64,000 nucleotides of DNA from an uncultured Propionibacteriaceae bacterium. GTDB lineage: Bacteria > Actinomycetota > Actinomycetes > Propionibacteriales > Propionibacteriaceae. The stretch covers positions 2,355 to 66,354 of the forward strand of contig CALBCJ010000032.1 of NCBI GenBank assembly GCA_937926975.1, written 5' to 3'. Under the pieces are notes generated by a model. The model was not told the DNA's origin and did no database searches. It saw only the letters and a list, made by a program, of their open reading frames with translations. Shown piece after piece: positions 60,211 to 64,000 of this stretch. Each line of letters begins with the position of its first letter. The stretch's first letter is position 1. The translations under genes were made by a program, and so were the position numbers.

Positions 60211-61676
60211 ATGGCCTCCTGAGAGATGCCGAGCTGCTCGGCAGCCCGGGAGGGGATCCCGACGGGGTAGTCGCCGTCGAAGCAGGCCCGGCAGAGCCGC
60301 TCGCCGGAAATCCCGGTCGAGGCGACCAGCCCCTCCAGCGAGCAGTAGCCGAGGCTGTCGGCCCCGATCGAGCGGCAGATCTCGTCGACGCTCATCCCAG
60401 GGGCGATCAGCTCGGCCCGGGTGGCGAAGTCAATGCCGTAGAAGCAGGGCCACTCGACCGGCGGCGACGAGATCCGGACGTGGACCTCCCGGGCCCCGGC
60501 CTCCCGCAGCATCCGGACCAGGGCCCGCTGGGTGTTGCCCCGCACGATCGAGTCGTCCACCACGACCAGCCGCTTGCCGCCGATCACGTCCCGCAGCGGG
60601 TTCAGCTTCAGCCGGATCCCGAGCTGGCGGATGGTCTGCGAGGGCTGGATGAAGGTCCGGCCCACGTACGCGTTCTTCACCAGGCCCATCCCGTACGGGA
60701 TCCTCGACGCCTCGGCGTAGCCGATCGCGGCCGGGGTGCCGGACTCCGGCACCGGGATCACCAGGTCGGCGTCCACCGGGTGCTCCATCGCCAGGGTCCG
60801 GCCGATCTCGCGGCGGACCTGGTGCACCCGCCGGCCAGAGATCACCGTGTCAGGCCGCGACAGGTAGACGTACTCGAACAGGCAGCCCTTCGGCCGGGAC
60901 TCGGCGAAGCGCTCCGAGCGCACCCCCTGAGCATCAATGGTGACCAGCTCTCCGGGCTCCACCTCCCGGACCAGGGCAGCGCCGACAATGTCCAGTGCGG
61001 CAGTCTCCGAGGCCACCACCCAGCCGGTCTCCAGCCGGCCCAGCACCAGCGGCCGGACCCCTTGCGGGTCACGCGCCGCGTACAGAGCGGTCTCGGTCAT
61101 GAAGACCAGGCAGTACGCGCCGCGCAGCCGGGGCAGCAGGTCCAGCGCCGCCTCGCGCAGACCCCGGTCGTGGTAGCTGCCGAGCAGCCCGGAGACCAGA
61201 GAGGTGTCGTTGGTGGAGTCCAGGGTCTGCTTGTGCGGGACCGGTTCGTCCGGGCTGCGCTCGGCCAGCATCTGCTCCAGCTGGTCGGTGTTGGTGAGGT
61301 TGCCGTTGTGGGCCAGGGCCAGCCCGCCGTCACCGAGGGCCCGGAAGGTCGGCTGGGCGTTGCTCCAGACACTGGCGCCGGTCGTCGAGTAGCGGGTGTG
61401 CCCGATCGCGATGTGACCGGTCAGCGACGACAACGTGGCCTCGTCGAAGACCTGCGAGACCAGGCCCATGTCTTTGAAGACCATGATCCGCTCGCCGTTG
61501 CTGACCGCCAGCCCGGCCGACTCCTGGCCCCGGTGCTGCAGCGCGTACAGGGCGAAGTAGGTGAGCTTAGAGACGTCCTCGTTGGGCGCCCAGACCCCGA
61601 AGACCCCGCACGCGTCCTGCGGGCCGGTGTCGTGGGGGTCGAGCTCCTGGGTCAACCGGCCGTCTCCACGCAGCAC
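60207..61676 (-). CDS. purF: amidophosphoribosyltransferase
   Basis: Ntn Cys in CGVFGV, the PRPP loop LVVVDDSIVRGNT and C-terminal Cys ligands. ATGA overlap with purM. Confidence 0.95.
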   Translation of the reverse strand: MLRGDGRLTQELDPHDTGPQDACGVFGVWAPNEDVSKLTYFALYALQHRGQESAGLAVSNGERIMVFKDMGLVSQVFDEATLSSLTGHIAIGHTRYSTTGASVWSNAQPTFRALGDGGLALAHNGNLTNTDQLEQMLAERSPDEPVPHKQTLDSTNDTSLVSGLLGSYHDRGLREAALDLLPRLRGAYCLVFMTETALYAARDPQGVRPLVLGRLETGWVVASETAALDIVGAALVREVEPGELVTIDAQGVRSERFAESRPKGCLFEYVYLSRPDTVISGRRVHQVRREIGRTLAMEHPVDADLVIPVPESGTPAAIGYAEASRIPYGMGLVKNAYVGRTFIQPSQTIRQLGIRLKLNPLRDVIGGKRLVVVDDSIVRGNTQRALVRMLREAGAREVHVRISSPPVEWPCFYGIDFATRAELIAPGMSVDEICRSIGADSLGYCSLEGLVASTGISGERLCRACFDGDYPVGIPSRAAEQLGISQEAM

Positions 61677-61732
61677 AAGGTCACCCTATCGGCCGCCCCT
61701 GACGAGGACTGCCAGTAGCCACTGCGGAGTCG

Positions 61733-62248
61733 CTAGCTCATGACCTTCTCGAAGCGGAGCATCTCGAACGGGATCCGGGGCTCTCCCGGTGGTGCCTGCT
61801 CGGCATGAGGGTCCGGGTGGTGCTCGTTGTAGAACTCCACCGCGTGGAAGCCGCACCGGTTGATGTAGAAGTGGACGTTGCGGCGGTCAAAGTACGGGGT
61901 GACCGTCTCCCAGACCCTCGTGGCGGGGTAGAGCGCCTCAATGGCGCTCCAGATCGCCTGGCCCAGGCCGCGGCTCTGAGCACCGTGCCGGACATAGAGG
62001 AAGTCGAGGTGGCTGCGCCCGGCAGCCGGGTCGGTCGTCACCACCGCCCCGCCCAGGATCTCGTCGTCCTCGACAGCGACCCAGGCGGCAGCCCCCGCAG
62101 CCTGCAGCGACTGGTCGATGTGCTCCTCAGGGAGGACGTCGTGCGCCTGCCCGAAGCTGTCGGCAGCGCCCAGCCGGAAGGCCTCGCGCAGGTCAGCCTT
62201 GAACCGGGCCAGCTGCTCATCTGCCAGTGGCTTGAGCGTCATCGTCAT
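61733..62248 (-). CDS. GNAT family N-acetyltransferase
   Basis: LYVRHGAQSRGLGQAIW acetyl-CoA motif A. ATG at 62248; the longer track ORF has an implausible N-terminus. Confidence 0.75.
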   Translation of the reverse strand: MTMTLKPLADEQLARFKADLREAFRLGAADSFGQAHDVLPEEHIDQSLQAAGAAAWVAVEDDEILGGAVVTTDPAAGRSHLDFLYVRHGAQSRGLGQAIWSAIEALYPATRVWETVTPYFDRRNVHFYINRCGFHAVEFYNEHHPDPHAEQAPPGEPRIPFEMLRFEKVMS

Positions 62249-62306
62249 CGGTAGTGTCCTTCCGGTGGTGGCATCCGGTGTGATCGGCGCCTGGTGGGTC
62301 GCGTGG

Positions 62307-62657
62307 TCACTCGCTGGGGTCGTCGCGGCGCAGCTCGCGCTCCCGGCGGCGCAGGTCCTCCTCCCAGGCCTCCAGCAGCCGACGGTCCTCCTCTTCCTGC
62401 CGCAGCCGGGCCAGGAAGGCGGGGTCGTCATCGGGCGCTGCCGGGGGCGGGGGCACCGCCGGTCGCGTGCCCTGGCCGCGCGCCGGGCGCCCGAAAGCCA
62501 GCCACAGGAAGGGGCCGAGAACCGGCAGGATGACGATCACCGCCAGCCAGGCCCAGCGGGGCAGGGTCCGTACCTCGTCGTCCCGGGTGGCCGAGCAGTC
62601 GAGGAAGCAGTACACCAGCAGCACGGCGGCGATGATCGCCGGCAGAAAGCGAAGCAT
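62307..62657 (-). CDS. PLDc_N-like small membrane protein with charged C-terminal tail
   Basis: LPRWAWLAVIVILPVLGPFLWLAFGR block, same family signature as 2814..3107. Confidence 0.65.
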   Translation of the reverse strand: MLRFLPAIIAAVLLVYCFLDCSATRDDEVRTLPRWAWLAVIVILPVLGPFLWLAFGRPARGQGTRPAVPPPPAAPDDDPAFLARLRQEEEDRRLLEAWEEDLRRRERELRRDDPSE

Positions 62658-62781
62658 CCAGACCCCTTGCAGTCGTGGCTATCGCTCTCATCGTACGGCG
62701 GCCAGGCGGCAGGGCGAGGTGGGATCGTCGACCGCGAGGACCGGTGGGCGCCGTCCGTCCGGGGACCGGGGCTCACGCAGG

Positions 62782-64000
62782 TCAGCCCCTCGGCCGGCGG
62801 TTCTGGCGCCACAGGTCCAGGGCCTGCTCAGCCACGGCCGGATGAGCAGCCAGGAACGGGGTCCCGGGCTCGGGGAACCACACGTCGTCGCCCTGGCGGT
62901 CCCAGACCACACCACCGGCCTCGCGGACCAGCAGCACCCCGGCCAGGTGGTCGATCGGGGAGAAGGAGTGGATCACGGCCGCCTGCCCCCAGCCGGCCGC
63001 GACCCCGGCCAGGCTCATCGTCCCCGAGCCCAGGATCCGCATCGTGACGTGGGCCCCGGCCGCCGCGGCGAACAGCTGCGGCATGCCCGGCCAGGGCTGG
63101 TGGGCGGCCAGCTCGGTCAGCACCAGCCGCAGCTCGGGGCGCCCGCTGAGCAGCAGCGGCTGCCCGTTGCGGGTCGCTCCCAGCCCGTACCCGGCCAGCA
63201 TGATCTCCCCTAGCCACGGGTGTGCTACCGCGGCCACGCAGGGCTGGTCGCCGACCGCCAGGGCCAGGCTGAAGCCGGTCCAGGGCAGCCGGTTGGCGAG
63301 GTTGGTGGTGCCGTCGACCGGGTCCAGGTACCAGGTCGGCCCGTCGCTGGGCTCGCCCCCCTGCTCCTCGCCGACCACCACGTGCCCCGGCAGCTCGGCC
63401 GCGATCACCTGCCGGACCCGGGCCTCCACCGCAGTGTCGACCTCGGTCACCACGTCGGCCTGGTGAGCCTTGACGGCCACCTCACCGAGCGGGGCGTCCC
63501 GGGTGTACGCGGCGGCCCAGTCCGCCAGCCGGCCCGCCACCGCCAGCGAGCGCCGCAGCTCAGCGGCCGGCAGCCCGTCGGGCAGGCTGACCGGGGCCGG
63601 GTGACGGGGCTGCTCGCGGAGGACGGCGCCCAGCAGCCGGAGCTGGTCGGTGGTGATCGCGTCGATCCCGGTCCCGGCCAGCCAGCGCATCACGGCCGCC
63701 TCGTTGACGGTCCAGGCCCAGGCCTGCAGCCCCAGCCCGTGGACCTGGGCCACCAGGGGCTCAGACCAGTCGGTCCACTGCGCGTTGACCGCGAACGGGC
63801 GGATCTGGGCCAGCAGCTCCAGGTCCAGCGGGCCGCCCGGGTGGTTGTACTGGAGCGGGGCGGCCGGGTACTCGCGGCGCAGCGCCAGCATCGCCTCGCG
63901 CGTCCCGCAGCCGGCGACCTCGATGGTCAGCGACATCGACGCCGCGACCTGAGCCGCGGTCAGCGCGTCCCGGGGGGTGGTGGAGTCGAGCAGCACCCGG
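62782..64000 (-). CDS. glycerophosphodiester-phosphodiesterase-like domain fused to inositol monophosphatase-like domain; N-terminus beyond window
   Basis: C-terminal half has IMPase motifs (VVVGEEQGG, WYLDPVDGTTNL). The preceding part has a GDPD-like C-terminal region (GIDAITTDQ). The frame is open to the window edge. Confidence 0.7.
   Translation of the reverse strand, partial: RVLLDSTTPRDALTAAQVAASMSLTIEVAGCGTREAMLALRREYPAAPLQYNHPGGPLDLELLAQIRPFAVNAQWTDWSEPLVAQVHGLGLQAWAWTVNEAAVMRWLAGTGIDAITTDQLRLLGAVLREQPRHPAPVSLPDGLPAAELRRSLAVAGRLADWAAAYTRDAPLGEVAVKAHQADVVTEVDTAVEARVRQVIAAELPGHVVVGEEQGGEPSDGPTWYLDPVDGTTNLANRLPWTGFSLALAVGDQPCVAAVAHPWLGEIMLAGYGLGATRNGQPLLLSGRPELRLVLTELAAHQPWPGMPQLFAAAAGAHVTMRILGSGTMSLAGVAAGWGQAAVIHSFSPIDHLAGVLLVREAGGVVWDRQGDDVWFPEPGTPFLAAHPAVAEQALDLWRQNRRPRG

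Overview
High-GC (roughly 70%) actinobacterial chromosomal window with no rRNA, CRISPR array, transposase or integrase. The backbone is housekeeping: clpB (cut at the 5' edge), pyrE, fba, TrmH, DedA, LemA, class E sortase, four tRNAs (Lys; Glu-Asp-Phe cluster) and an almost complete but fragmented de novo purine set (purA, purD, purB, purC-purS fusion, purQ, purL, then purM and purF on the other strand). Accessory modules sit between these blocks. (1) 6.9-10.1 kb: an ESX/T7SS-style polymorphic toxin locus. It runs YbaB-like, WXG-like, N-terminal secretion/TM domain ORF, a separate Ntox15 (Tde1-like HxxD DNase) toxin ORF, then two tandem Tdi1-like (GAD-like + DUF1851) immunity genes. (2) 16.4-20.3 kb: a lactococcin-972-family bacteriocin locus with a tandemly duplicated structural gene, a conserved promoter and 5' hairpin, one large membrane protein and one ABC ATPase. 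(3) 29.7-32.6 kb, between purB and purC: a non-catalytic Nudix-wHTH (NrtR-like) regulator divergent from a vWA protein plus a degenerate adenylosuccinate-synthetase-fold paralog. I do not recognise this combination from any described system and rank it as the best novelty candidate. (4) 40.1-42.8 kb: three tandem paralogous single-pass membrane proteins. (5) 44.5-46.5 kb: an FMN riboswitch driving a two-gene ThiXY/RibXY-like ABC uptake operon with no ATPase gene. (6) 46.7-47.4 kb: a membrane-anchored GroEL-apical-domain-like protein. (7) 51.5-53.9 kb, next to the tRNA cluster: an operon of a small protein, a STAND/Orc-like ATPase-wHTH and a TPR protein, with two 18-bp operator-like repeats. 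All calls rest on reading the translated ORFs and DNA by eye. No database search was run, so family assignments are recollection-based and start codons are approximate.
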